Positions 9,734 through 18,193 of a stretch of 64,000 nt of DNA are shown here, one piece after another; positions within the stretch are counted from its first letter, which is position 1; each line of letters opens with the position of its first letter. The translations under genes and the position numbers were made by a program. A model generated the notes under the pieces. The model searched no databases and had not been told where the DNA came from. It was given only the letters and a program-made list of their open reading frames with translations. Source of the stretch: Edaphobacter sp. Lineage in GTDB: Bacteria; Acidobacteriota; Terriglobia; Terriglobales; Acidobacteriaceae. The DNA lies in the NCBI RefSeq assembly GCF_035763405.1, contig NZ_DASUBE010000083.1, forward strand, positions 4,109 to 68,108, read 5' to 3'.

Positions 9734-10246
9734 CTATTTCGGCGACCACTGCTCGTCGGCGGAGGGGCCGTAGAGCGCGGGCACCGGGATGTCGTTCAGC
9801 CGCAGATAGACACCTAACTGCGCTGTATGGTGAACCAGGTGGTTGAAGAACATCTGCCGGAACGCAACCGTGCGCGAACCGTTGGAGATGACTTGCTCTC
9901 CCCAGGTGAAGGGCCAAACCTTCTGAAGGTGTTCGTCACTGGCTGCGGCCAGCGCGGAGCGGCAGCGGGACGCGGACTCGTCAAGCTGCTTGAGGGCATT
10001 TTCGCGCGTGGTGAAGTCGAGCGGAAGGTGCGGCCGCCTGGGAGCGGCGAGGTCCATGCCCTCGTCTTCGATGATGTAGTAGCCGAACTGCGGCAGCGTG
10101 GCGCAGTGCATAGCCAGCCTGCCCAGCGCCATGGACTTCTCGTGACACTTCCAGTCGTTCTTGCCTTCGGGAACACGCTCGAGTGTGCGGCGCGTGTGTG
10201 AGATCTCAACGTCGTAGTCCTGAAGAAGCAGTTCAGCGATCGTCAT
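9734..10246 (-). CDS. DinB family protein
   Basis: The 170 aa product shows a four-helix DinB-like pattern with conserved His residues (HCATLPQFG, FNHLVHHTAQLGVYLR). Confidence 0.75.
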   Translation of the reverse strand: MTIAELLLQDYDVEISHTRRTLERVPEGKNDWKCHEKSMALGRLAMHCATLPQFGYYIIEDEGMDLAAPRRPHLPLDFTTRENALKQLDESASRCRSALAAASDEHLQKVWPFTWGEQVISNGSRTVAFRQMFFNHLVHHTAQLGVYLRLNDIPVPALYGPSADEQWSPK

Positions 10247-10262
10247 GGAATCCTTTCGGTTA

Positions 10263-10305
10263 CGCGGTCCTTCGAATGAGATGGGCTCCTGCGGTTTCAG
10301 GATGA
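10263..10305 (-). repeat. REP-A family copy (degenerate)
   Basis: CGCGGTCCTTCGA...TTTCAGGATGAAG shares both termini (GGTCCTTCGA and TCAGGATGA) with the copies at 11215 and 13153. Confidence 0.45.
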
Positions 10306-10313
10306 AGAATAGT

Positions 10314-10347
10314 TGAGCCCTGCTGACAGCATGGTGTCAGCAGGGCT
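10314..10347 (-). terminator. Stem-loop downstream of fabI
   Basis: A perfect 13 bp stem (GAGCCCTGCTGAC pairs with GTCAGCAGGGCTC) encloses an 8 nt loop, 19 nt after the fabI stop. The tail is only moderately T-rich. Confidence 0.6.
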
Positions 10348-10365
10348 CGTTCGCGGCTGAGATTT

Positions 10366-11133
10366 CTAGAGTCCGGTGACGTTGTATCCGCAGTCCACGT
10401 AGGTGACTTCGCCGGTGATGGCGCTGGCCATCGAGCTCGACAGGAACAGGGCGGTGTTGCCGACTTCGAGCTGGTCTACATTGCGGTGCAGCGGGGCGCG
10501 CTGCTCGACGGCTTCGAGGATTTTGGTGAAGTCGCCGATGCCGCGGGCGGCCAGCGTCTTGATGGGGCCGGCCGAGATGGCGTTGACGCGGATGTTTTTG
10601 CTGCCGAGCGACGCGGCCAGATACCGCACGGTGGCTTCCAGCGCGGCCTTGGCCACGCCCATTACGTTGTAGTTGGGGAAGACCTTCATTGAGCCGTAGT
10701 AGGTGAGGGTCAGAATGGAGCCGCCTTCGGTCATGAGCGGGACGGCGGCGCGGCTGACGGCGATCAGCGAGTAGACGCTGACATCGTGAGCGATGCGGAA
10801 GCCCTCGCGGCTGGTGAGCAGGAAGTCGTTCTTGATCTCGTCGGGGGGAGCGAAGGCGACGGCGTGGACGAGGATGTGGATGGTGCCGTAGTTCGCCTTG
10901 AGCTGGGTGAAGAGGGTGTCGATCTCGGCGTCGGAGCTGACGTCGCACTGGTAGGCTCGGGCGTCCTTCAACTCGGGGATGAGGGTGTCGGCTTCCCTTT
11001 TGAGACGCTCGTTCTGATAGCAGATGGCAAGGGTGGCTCCGGCTTCGGAGAGCTTCTGGGCGATGCCCCATGCGATGCTGCGCTTGTTGGCGAGGCCGAA
11101 GACGACGGCGACTTTGCCTTTGAGATCGATCAT
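10366..11133 (-). CDS. fabI: Enoyl-[acyl-carrier-protein] reductase (NADH) FabI
   Basis: MIDLKGKVAVVFGLANKRSIAWGIA is the glycine-rich NAD site. The Y..M..AK catalytic region (YNVMGVAKAALEA) and SAGPIKTLAA are also present. Confidence 0.95.
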   Translation of the reverse strand: MIDLKGKVAVVFGLANKRSIAWGIAQKLSEAGATLAICYQNERLKREADTLIPELKDARAYQCDVSSDAEIDTLFTQLKANYGTIHILVHAVAFAPPDEIKNDFLLTSREGFRIAHDVSVYSLIAVSRAAVPLMTEGGSILTLTYYGSMKVFPNYNVMGVAKAALEATVRYLAASLGSKNIRVNAISAGPIKTLAARGIGDFTKILEAVEQRAPLHRNVDQLEVGNTALFLSSSMASAITGEVTYVDCGYNVTGL

Positions 11134-11214
11134 TGCGGGTGAGTGCTCCTGTTCGAGTTTCCGTTGGTAAGAATAGCAGTGTGTGGGATATGAGTCATGC
11201 GGGACGTGCCAAAA

Positions 11215-11265
11215 CTGCAGGTCCTTCGACTACGGCTCCCACGATAAGACTTCGCTCAGGATGAC
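11215..11265 (-). repeat. REP-A family copy
   Basis: The reverse complement reads GTCATCCTGAGCGAAG-(variable core)-GTAGTCGAAGGACCTGCAG. The same termini occur at 13153, 48952 and 50404. Confidence 0.8.
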
Positions 11266-11289
11266 GATTTCACTCTGACGGACAATCGT

Positions 11290-11667
11290 TCAGGCGAGGA
11301 GCCAGTCGTACTGCGCGTCTGTCAACGGGACGACGGAGAGGCGGAACTGGCGGAAGAGCAGCGAGTCCTTGAAGACTCCGGCCTGGCGGATCTCGTCGAG
11401 CGACTTCTCTTTCTTGAGGCGCTTGACCGGCTTGATGCGGACGTTGGGGTTCTTCGGGTCGGCGGCATCGACTGAGACGACCTTCGCGGTGCCGACGGCG
11501 GCCTTGCCGACCATCGAGTGGTAGATGACCAGCTTTTCGCCGGGCTTCATGTTGCGGAGGTAGAGCAGGGCCTGGTTGTTGGTGATGCCATCCCAGGTGG
11601 TTTCGCCGTCCTTCAGGAGATCGTCGTAGGAGTACTTGTCGGGCTCGGTCTTTAAGAGAAAGGGCAT
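11290..11667 (-). CDS. EVE (PUA-like) domain protein
   Basis: MPFLLKTEPDKYSYDDLLKDGETTWDGITNNQALLYLRNMKPGEKLVIYHS is the typical EVE/thymocyte nuclear protein 1-like N-terminus. The start at 11667 is preferred over the track start at 11763. Confidence 0.8.
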   Translation of the reverse strand: MPFLLKTEPDKYSYDDLLKDGETTWDGITNNQALLYLRNMKPGEKLVIYHSMVGKAAVGTAKVVSVDAADPKNPNVRIKPVKRLKKEKSLDEIRQAGVFKDSLLFRQFRLSVVPLTDAQYDWLLA

Positions 11668-11751
11668 CGTTGCTCCGTTGGGTCGGGAAGTAGTGTAGGG
11701 CATCCGGTGGCGCGGAGGACAGGGTCCCCCCCCATACTTTAATGTGCAAAT

Positions 11752-11800
11752 TCCTTTAAACAAAGGACTTATCGGTAAAATCCTTTAAACAAAGGGGTTA
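11752..11800 (+). repeat. AT-rich REP-D motif, two direct copies 29 bp apart
   Basis: TCCTTTAAACAAAGGACTTA (11752-11771) and TCCTTTAAACAAAGGGGTTA (11781-11800) each contain a CCTTT/AAAGG mini-palindrome. A related copy lies at 57472-57491. Confidence 0.7.
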
Positions 11801-11983
11801 CGGCTAAAGTACTTCAAATAAAGGATTTAAGTTCAGGCGGTTCGACTCAGTCCGTCTTTTTGTCCCTATTTCTATTGTAGCGATTTGCGCCGGGATTCCC
11901 CGCCAAGTGCTTCCTGTTTGTTTTCAGTTGGATAAGCGATTTGGGGCTTGACACGCGATTTTGCGGCGGAAAGGGGGAAAGCG

Positions 11984-12052
11984 GATTCCTCCCCCTTCGA
12001 CTTCGCTCAGGGTACGGAATGGAAATGCAAAAACTGCGGAATGGAAATGCAA
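11984..12052 (+). repeat. REP-C composite element (downstream flank of murI)
   Basis: GATTCCTCCCCCTTCGACTTCGCTCAGGGTACGGAATGGAAATGCAAAAACTGCGGAATGGAAATGCAA is nearly identical to 13012-13084 in the same orientation. It shares the GCGGAATGGAAAT unit with the 45421 array. Confidence 0.85.
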
Positions 12053-12075
12053 CGGGGGTGCGGCATGGACGGGTG

Positions 12076-12966
12076 TCAGCCGCCGAGGTCGAGCAGGTTC
12101 ACCTTGGCCAGCGGACGGCCGAGGAAGGCGGAGCCGAGGCGCTGGAACTTCTCGATGGAGTCGGTGGCGTAGAAGGTGCACGCAGGCTCCGCGACGGGGC
12201 TGAGGTCCGGGAAGTGGGTGGCAACCGCCCTGGCGGTGGCGCGGGCGGTTGCATGGGCGGAGTCGATGATGGTGAGCGGATGGCCGAGCGCGGTCAGCAC
12301 ACGACGGAGGGCTGGTTCGAGCAGCGGATAGTGCGTGCAGCCGAGCAACAGGGTGCGCGCCGCCGGAGCCTCGGCGAGTGCCTCGGTCAGGTAGATTTTG
12401 AGCACCTCGTCGGTGACAGGATGGTTCGTCCAGCCCTCTTCGACCAGCGGCACGAGCAGCGGACAGGCCTTCTCGGTCGCGTCAAGCCCGAGCGCGTGGA
12501 GGGCGTGCGCGTAGGCGTGAGACTGGATGGTGGCGTGGGTGGCGAGGACGAGGACGTGGCTTTCGGTTGAGGCTTGTGGCGCTTCGCCCACCTTAGCGAC
12601 GATGCTGCCGTCGCAAAGGTGGGGCACCCAATTCTTATGATTGGCATGGAGGGCGGCTTCGGCTCCCGGCTGGATGACGCCGATGACCGGGATGGTCAGC
12701 GCCTGCTCGATGTCTTCGAGCGCGAGCGCAGTTGCCGTGTTGCAGGCGACGACGAGCAGGTCCGCTCCCTGCTCGTGCAGGTAGCGCGCGCTGGAGACTG
12801 CGTAGCGGGCGATTGTCTCGCGCGACTTGGAGCCGTAGGGCAGGCGGGCCGTGTCGCCGAGATAGATGTAGCGCGAGGCCGGAAGCAACGGGAGCAGTTC
12901 GCGCAGGACGGTAAGGCCGCCGAAGCCAGAGTCGAAGACGCCGATGGTGAGTTGGTCTGAAGGCAT
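12076..12966 (-). CDS. murI: Glutamate racemase
   Basis: MPSDQLTIGVFDSGFGGLTVLREL, LGDTARLPYGSKS, VVACNTA and LLGCTHYPLL are the MurI signature regions with both catalytic Cys. The track ORF N-terminal extension (MHFHSAAPLHFHS) is translated repeat DNA. Confidence 0.9.
   Translation of the reverse strand: MPSDQLTIGVFDSGFGGLTVLRELLPLLPASRYIYLGDTARLPYGSKSRETIARYAVSSARYLHEQGADLLVVACNTATALALEDIEQALTIPVIGVIQPGAEAALHANHKNWVPHLCDGSIVAKVGEAPQASTESHVLVLATHATIQSHAYAHALHALGLDATEKACPLLVPLVEEGWTNHPVTDEVLKIYLTEALAEAPAARTLLLGCTHYPLLEPALRRVLTALGHPLTIIDSAHATARATARAVATHFPDLSPVAEPACTFYATDSIEKFQRLGSAFLGRPLAKVNLLDLGG
12585..12628 (-). repeat. REP-B hairpin element inserted in frame inside murI
   Basis: On the minus strand GGTGCCCCACCTTTGCGACGGCAGCATCGTCGCTAAGGTGGGCG has stems CCCACCTT.GCGACG / CGTCGC.AAGGTGGG. 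It translates as VPHLCDGSIVAKVGE within a MurI segment that is longer than in typical homologues. Confidence 0.75.
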
Positions 12967-13011
12967 GTGGTCGCTGTTCTCAATGTAGCCGCAGTGGAAG
13001 AGGAACAGCAG

Positions 13012-13084
13012 TTCCTCCCCCTTCGACTTCGCACAGGGTACGGAATGGAAATGCAAAGGGGCTGCGGAATGGAAATGCAAAAAA
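13012..13084 (+). repeat. REP-C composite element (upstream flank of murI)
   Basis: TTCCTCCCCCTTCGACTTCGCACAGGGTACGGAATGGAAATGCAAAGGGGCTGCGGAATGGAAATGCAAAAAA is a direct repeat of 11984-12052. Confidence 0.85.
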
Positions 13085-13152
13085 TGTTATCGATGATGTG
13101 TCTGCACTAGTGTGGTGTCTCTAAAGTTCTTAGCATAAATTGGAATCGCAAA

Positions 13153-13209
13153 CCGCAGGTCCTTCGACTCCGTTTGGGGTAAAAACCGCCAAACTCCCCT
13201 CAGGATGAC
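13153..13209 (-). repeat. REP-A family copy
   Basis: The reverse complement reads GTCATCCTGAGGGGAG-(core with hairpin)-GGAGTCGAAGGACCTGCGG. Confidence 0.8.
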
Positions 13210-13245
13210 AACTTGAATGATGTTGCGAACTTCAGGGACAGGACA

Positions 13246-13872
13246 CTAATTGCCGGCTGTTGGTTGCTGGTTCTCTGTCGTGGCGGAGTAGGTGCGAGTG
13301 AGATCAGCGTGGCCGGCGAGGGTCTCGCGGGGCTGGCCATCGACCAGGAAGCGGACCGCGGTGACGCGCGGGAAGTCGGCGTGGAGCGTCTGGACGATAG
13401 ACCGGATGGTGAGCGTCTCGACCAGGATGCCTGAGGGGTGCCGGTCGCAGAAGGTGCTGGTCAGGTTGACGATGGCAGTCTCGGTCTTGTCGGTGGAGTG
13501 CGTGTCCGTCGAAGGCGTGTTGGGAACGAGGAAGACATCTTCGACGGCTGGGCCGCTCTGGAGCGGGTGCGCGGAGCCAGGCTGCGCGTAGCTGCTGAGC
13601 AGGTGGTCAAGCAGGGTGCGGGCGCGCGAGGTGGGATCGTCGGGCAGGGCGAGCGAAGCCTGCGACGGAGCCACGGTGCCGTCCGCGTCGTTGGCCAGGT
13701 AGAGGGTCACGTCCTGCGTGCTGGTCGCGCCTGGCGCAGCGATCGGCGTCTCATCCGCCGGGGCGGCAAGGCGCCGCAGCGTCTGTCGGTGCGCGTGGAA
13801 GAGAAACGCAGCAACCAGGACGATGGCGGCGGCGAGCGACCAGAAGAGAATGCGTTGGTAGCGAGGAATCAT
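13246..13872 (-). CDS. GerMN domain-containing protein
   Basis: An N-terminal TM anchor is followed by VTLYLANDADG...LLDHLL...VRFLVDGQPRETLAGHADLTRTY, which is GerM-like. It overlaps the upstream amidase gene by 4 nt, a common amidase-GerMN pairing. Confidence 0.7.
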   Translation of the reverse strand: MIPRYQRILFWSLAAAIVLVAAFLFHAHRQTLRRLAAPADETPIAAPGATSTQDVTLYLANDADGTVAPSQASLALPDDPTSRARTLLDHLLSSYAQPGSAHPLQSGPAVEDVFLVPNTPSTDTHSTDKTETAIVNLTSTFCDRHPSGILVETLTIRSIVQTLHADFPRVTAVRFLVDGQPRETLAGHADLTRTYSATTENQQPTAGN

Positions 13873-14585
13873 GGTGCTGCTCCGGTGGATGGCGTGGCTG
13901 GCGATGCGGGCTGTGGCGCGGGGGGCGGTGCGGGCTGGGCGCGCCAGGCGGTGAGCGCCCTGGCGATGGCCTCGGCTGCCTGCTGCTGGTAGGCAGGGTC
14001 CGTGACTGGTGTGGGACTGCCGCCGGGGTTGTCGAGCGGGGCAAGCTCAATCGCGATGGCAGGGCAGGTCAGGTTGTCGAGTGGCCGGAGATGCGCGCGG
14101 AGCAGCAGTGCCGGAATCCGCGCGCGGACGAAGGCGGCGTCGATCTGAATGGCGAGCGCGAGGCTTTGGGGGATCGATGCGGCTTGTGCGGTGTCCCAGG
14201 GGATGGTGCGCTGTGATGCGCCGGCGGTGAGCGCGGAGGCGACCAGGTGGACGCCGTTGCCGCTGTCGGTGGCGTGCAGCACGAGACAGGCGGCGGGCCG
14301 GGCGTGGTTGGCGATGCCTGCTCGCTGGTCGGGAGGCATGGCGGCGGCAGGGTCGGCATCGCGCGTGGTCAGGACGGCGAAGTTCGCTCCGCCGAGCGCA
14401 GCGCGGAGCCGGGCAGCGAAGGCGAGCGTCACGTCCTTTTCAAGGACGTTGTTGGCAAGGTGGGCCCCGGCGTCGGGGCCTCCGTGCGCGGGGTCAAGCA
14501 GGATGGTCGCGCGGGGTTGCTGCGCCGCCGCGGCAGTTGCCAGCAGGAAGAGGGTCGCGACGATGGAACGGCGGAGCGGAAGCAA
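13869..14585 (-). CDS. N-acetylmuramoyl-L-alanine amidase (Amidase_3 family)
   Basis: A signal peptide is followed by ILLDPAHGGPDAGA...EKDVTL...LTTRD...RAGIAN...LVLHA, which are Amidase_3 zinc-ligand blocks. Confidence 0.8.
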   Translation of the reverse strand: MLPLRRSIVATLFLLATAAAAQQPRATILLDPAHGGPDAGAHLANNVLEKDVTLAFAARLRAALGGANFAVLTTRDADPAAAMPPDQRAGIANHARPAACLVLHATDSGNGVHLVASALTAGASQRTIPWDTAQAASIPQSLALAIQIDAAFVRARIPALLLRAHLRPLDNLTCPAIAIELAPLDNPGGSPTPVTDPAYQQQAAEAIARALTAWRAQPAPPPAPQPASPATPSTGAAP

Positions 14586-14684
14586 GGTTGTGATGATTGT
14601 AAATTGGCCGCAGGTAGAGAGACGACAAAGGCTGGAGGTGAATGCGTGCCATCGCTGCTGCGGTCGGATGCCCTGGCAGCATCC

Positions 14685-15296
14685 CTAAATTGTTTCGCCG
14701 GCCAGCCCTAGTTCCTCGGCCCGGGCCTGCATGGCGCGCAGGCAGTTCCCCACATGCTCGTCCACGCTCAGCCCCAGCAGCGCGGCCCCGTCCGTAATGT
14801 CCTCCCGCTTTACCGCGCGCGCGAATGCTTTGTCCTTCATCTTCTTCTTCACGCCCGCTACTTCAACATCCTTAATAGACCGCGAAGGCTTCACCAGCGC
14901 GCAGGCCGTCAGAAATCCCGCCAGTTCGTCGGAGGCGAACAGCGCCTTATCCAGATGCGACTCGCGCGCGACGCCCGAGTAGTCCGCGTGGGCCAGCACG
15001 GCGTGTAACACAGGCTCTGGCCAGCCAAGCTCGCGCAGTCTGGCGACGCCGACAAACGGATGCTCCTCCGCCGTCGGATGCTTCTCGTAGTCCATGTCGT
15101 GCACCAGACCGGCGCAGGCGTACATCTCGACAAACTTTGCAGCCTCATCGCCGCCCAGCCCAAGCCGCGCGGCCTCCATTGCGCCATACGCCTCCGTACA
15201 GGCCGACACCGCCATGCCATGTTTCCGGAGGGACTCACCCGCCGTCCACTCACGCAACAAAGCCAGCGCCGCGTCACGCGAAAATCCATCAGCCAT
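14685..15296 (-). CDS. HD/HDIG domain phosphohydrolase
   Basis: LRKHGMAVSACTEAYG...AGLVHDMDYEKHPTAEEHP is the HD motif of the small HDIG family. The start could instead be the upstream ATG at 15389. Confidence 0.7.
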   Translation of the reverse strand: MADGFSRDAALALLREWTAGESLRKHGMAVSACTEAYGAMEAARLGLGGDEAAKFVEMYACAGLVHDMDYEKHPTAEEHPFVGVARLRELGWPEPVLHAVLAHADYSGVARESHLDKALFASDELAGFLTACALVKPSRSIKDVEVAGVKKKMKDKAFARAVKREDITDGAALLGLSVDEHVGNCLRAMQARAEELGLAGETI

Positions 15297-15517
15297 AGTC
15301 CCTCGCTTTCCAATCCCAGACCCAGCAACCCCAGTCCGGCCCTCAAAACAAGTTACTACCTTGATTCCCTCTTCGGGTTTTTCAGGCATTCTACCTTGAA
15401 TTCTCGGCTTTCCTCTTGACTCCGGAGGAACCCGGTGTCACTCTAGGCACATCGCGTGCTCCGTTATCGGACATGTGCTGCGGTCCTTGCTCTGGGTCCG
15501 CCCGCATTAGACAACTT

Positions 15518-16051
15518 ATGGCAACCATGATGGCACCCGTTGAACAGCGTGAGGTACTGCGCTGCGACCATTGCAGCCTGGTGCAGTTCCGCACGTCGAA
15601 CTCACTTTGCCGCCGCTGCCACCAATGTCTCGAGGTTGAAGTCCCCGAGCCCGCGTCGGCCCCGCTTGCCGTCGTTCCCCCACCCCCCGCATCGTCAGAC
15701 GGCCTGCAAGTGGCCAATGCTGTGCGCGATCTGCGCCATGTGCGCAATCTCTCGCAGCGTCAGCTTGCGGCGCGGATGAACGTGCCCCGCACTTACATCT
15801 CGAAGATCGAGAACGGCAAGGCGATGCCGACGCTCTCGTCGCTCGACCGGCTGGCCAGGGCGCTCCAGGTGGACATCTCGACCTTGCTGCGCGACTCGAA
15901 CACCCGCCGCCAGGACGAAACTGCTGTGCTGATGGCCGACCCGTTCCTTGCCGAGATTGCGATGTACGCTTCGCAGCTTGACGAGCTACAACGGTCAATC
16001 TTCCTGAACCACGTCCGTGAGCTTGCTCAGGGACGCCGCCGCTCGGCCTAA
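15518..16051 (+). CDS. XRE-family HTH transcriptional regulator with N-terminal zinc ribbon
   Basis: It has CDHC...CRRCHQC followed by LRHVRNLSQRQLAARMNVPRTYISKIENGKAMPTLSSLDRLARAL (HTH_3). The start MATMMAPV was chosen, and the track ORF begins at 15416. Confidence 0.75.
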   Translation: MATMMAPVEQREVLRCDHCSLVQFRTSNSLCRRCHQCLEVEVPEPASAPLAVVPPPPASSDGLQVANAVRDLRHVRNLSQRQLAARMNVPRTYISKIENGKAMPTLSSLDRLARALQVDISTLLRDSNTRRQDETAVLMADPFLAEIAMYASQLDELQRSIFLNHVRELAQGRRRSA

Positions 16052-16170
16052 CCGCTCGGCATCAGGTTGCGCAAGACCTCCCGGGAGAGCGCCTCGATGG
16101 CGCGGCGCTCTCCTCTCCGCTCCAATCGGACACTGCTGCGTCCATTAACCTCCTTGCCGACAAGACTTCA

Positions 16171-17178
16171 TTGCACACCCCTACCCAGTGTGCTAGCGTC
16201 AAAGATTGCGAGGTTGCTTTGGCGTTTACTCCCCCATCCTTCCCCAGCCGCATTCACGAACTTTCCCCCGAGGAGCAGTCTGTTTATCGCCAGCTTGACT
16301 CGGCGCGGATGCCGCAGCACATCGCCATCATTATGGATGGCAACGGCCGCTGGGCAGGCAAACGTGCGCTCAAACGCTTTCTCGGCCACCAGAAGGGAGC
16401 AGAGTCCGTCCAGTATGTCGTCGAGACCGCCTCGCGCATCAACCTTCCCTGGCTGACGCTCTACGCCTTTTCGCTCGAAAACAACCTTCGCCGCCCCAAG
16501 GCCGAGGTCAGCTTTCTGATGAAGCTGTTGAAGTCCTACCTGATCGGCAACGTGAAGCGGATGAACGACAACAACGTGCGCATGGCTTATATTGGCCGCA
16601 CGCACGACCTCCCGCAGGAGGTGCAGGACACGATGCAGTGGGCGATGGAGTCCACCGCGAAGAACACCGGCACCACGCTGACGCTTGCGCTCAACTACGG
16701 GGCGCGCACCGAGATCGTCGATGCGGTCCGTTCGATCCTCACCAATCTGGCCACCGAGGCGCACACGCGCGGCTGCTCGATCGACGACCTGCTCGGCGCA
16801 GGGGCGCTCGAATCGCTCGACGAAGCCAGCATCGCCCGGGCGCTGTACACGCGCGAGATGCCGGACCCTGACCTGGTCATCCGCACCTCGGGTGAACAGC
16901 GCATCTCGAACTTTCTGCTCTGGCAGATCGCCTACTCGGAGATCTTCATCACCGACCGTCTCTGGCCCGACTTCCGCGGCATCCATCTGCTCGAAGCCAT
17001 CCAGGCTTATCAGCGCCGCGAGCGCCGCTTCGGTGGGCTCGGCGAGAATTTGACCGATGAAAACCTCAGCACGCTCGAACCTGCCGATGAGGTTGCCGAA
17101 GAGATCAAGGACCACCTGCTGCCCGAATCCGAATCGCGGTCAGAGTCGAAAGCGGACCACGCGCTGCCCCGCCGCTAA
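16171..17178 (+). CDS. uppS: Isoprenyl transferase (undecaprenyl diphosphate synthase)
   Basis: HIAIIMDGNGRWA, RINLPWLTLYAFSLENNLRRP, RTSGEQRISNFLLWQIAYSE and RRFG are the UppS signature. The start is uncertain (TTG at 16171, or TTG at 16219 after GAGG). It carries an acidic C-terminal extension. Confidence 0.9.
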   Translation: MHTPTQCASVKDCEVALAFTPPSFPSRIHELSPEEQSVYRQLDSARMPQHIAIIMDGNGRWAGKRALKRFLGHQKGAESVQYVVETASRINLPWLTLYAFSLENNLRRPKAEVSFLMKLLKSYLIGNVKRMNDNNVRMAYIGRTHDLPQEVQDTMQWAMESTAKNTGTTLTLALNYGARTEIVDAVRSILTNLATEAHTRGCSIDDLLGAGALESLDEASIARALYTREMPDPDLVIRTSGEQRISNFLLWQIAYSEIFITDRLWPDFRGIHLLEAIQAYQRRERRFGGLGENLTDENLSTLEPADEVAEEIKDHLLPESESRSESKADHALPRR

Positions 17179-17316
17179 GCGTAACCGCTAACCTGCCGGG
17201 CAAGGATGCTCTCCGGCGCGCCTGGTGGTATTTAAACGATTTTATTCGTATAACTTATCGCATCTTTCCTGCCCTCTCCCGCGTCCCCATGGCAGCAGTA
17301 CTAAGGAGAGTGCATC

Positions 17317-18021
17317 ATGCACACTACTATTCGTAAGCTGCTTTGCTTCTCTCTCACCCTCGCGTTTCTCAATACCACCACCCTCGTCCTGGCGCAGAGC
17401 ACCGCGTCCACCGCGTCCACCCTGGTTCCTCCGCAGATCGCCTCCGCCCACACGATCTTTATCTCGAACGCCGGCGGCAGCAACTACTTCAACATGTTCA
17501 CCGGCGGACCGGACCGAGGCTACACTCAGCTTCTCAACGATCTCGAAAAGTGGAACCGCTTCCGGATCATCCAGTCCCCTTCGGCGGCCGACCTCATCTT
17601 CGAGATACAAGCCATCGCTCTGACCACGGCCAGCCTGGGCAACGACGCGCCCGGCGGCTACGATCCTCAACTCGTCCTTCGCATCCGCGATCCTAAAACC
17701 AACGCGATTCTCTGGACCACGACCGCCAACGTTCGGGCGGCGGGCAGGCAGAAGTCGCGCGATAAGGGCTTCGACAAGTCGGTGGCCGTCCTCGTCGATC
17801 ATGTCCGTCAACTGACCGGCGAACAGCTTACCGCTGAGCAGACAAAGGCGGCTCGCGACAACACACGCGCGCCAAACTCCGAAAAAATACTGTTCGGCAC
17901 GCTCATTGGAGTCGGCGTGGGCATGATGGGCTTCGGCATTTACAAGGTGACTCACATGAGCCAGCCCAAGCTTCCGACGCCTCCTACGAGTCCTTGCGGC
18001 ACACCCTTCTGCCCCATCTGA
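17317..18021 (+). CDS. Hypothetical secreted protein with C-terminal TM anchor
   Basis: It has a signal peptide (LLCFSLTLAFLNTTTLVLAQS) and a C-terminal helix (LFGTLIGVGVGMMGFGIY). I recognise no family. Confidence 0.55.
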   Translation: MHTTIRKLLCFSLTLAFLNTTTLVLAQSTASTASTLVPPQIASAHTIFISNAGGSNYFNMFTGGPDRGYTQLLNDLEKWNRFRIIQSPSAADLIFEIQAIALTTASLGNDAPGGYDPQLVLRIRDPKTNAILWTTTANVRAAGRQKSRDKGFDKSVAVLVDHVRQLTGEQLTAEQTKAARDNTRAPNSEKILFGTLIGVGVGMMGFGIYKVTHMSQPKLPTPPTSPCGTPFCPI

Positions 18022-18050
18022 GGATGGTCTGATTGAAGCTGTCGTTTGGT

Positions 18051-18090
18051 GCGGGCAGATGCGAAGCCCAGATTCCCTTCGGGAATGACA
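18051..18090 (-). repeat. REP-A-like variant
   Basis: The reverse complement reads GTCATTCCCGAAGGGAATCTGGGCTTCGCATCTGCCCGC. It shares the GTCAT terminus and overall architecture with REP-A, but the match is weaker. Confidence 0.35.
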
Positions 18091-18100
18091 ACAACTCAAT

Positions 18101-18141
18101 CACGGCCACTGCCGTCTCACGTGAGATGAGCAGTGGCCGTG
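18101..18141 (+). terminator. Long stem-loop downstream of the 17317..18021 gene
   Basis: CACGGCCACTGC pairs with GCAGTGGCCGTG as a perfect 12 bp outer stem. An inner TCTCAC/GTGAGA stem is also present. There is no strong T tract. Confidence 0.5.
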
Positions 18142-18193
18142 GAGTTTGTTGACCCTGTGCCTTGATCCCTGATCCCTGTATTCTTGCAACTGA

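Noticed and set aside
12967-13080. N-terminal extension of murI (MHFHSAAPLHFHS...), with similar extensions of tilS (45398-45580) and the DUF262 gene (50809-51084)
   Set aside because: The extensions are translations of REP-C repeats or of the holA 3' end in another frame. Conserved protein N-termini begin at the internal starts chosen in the feature list.
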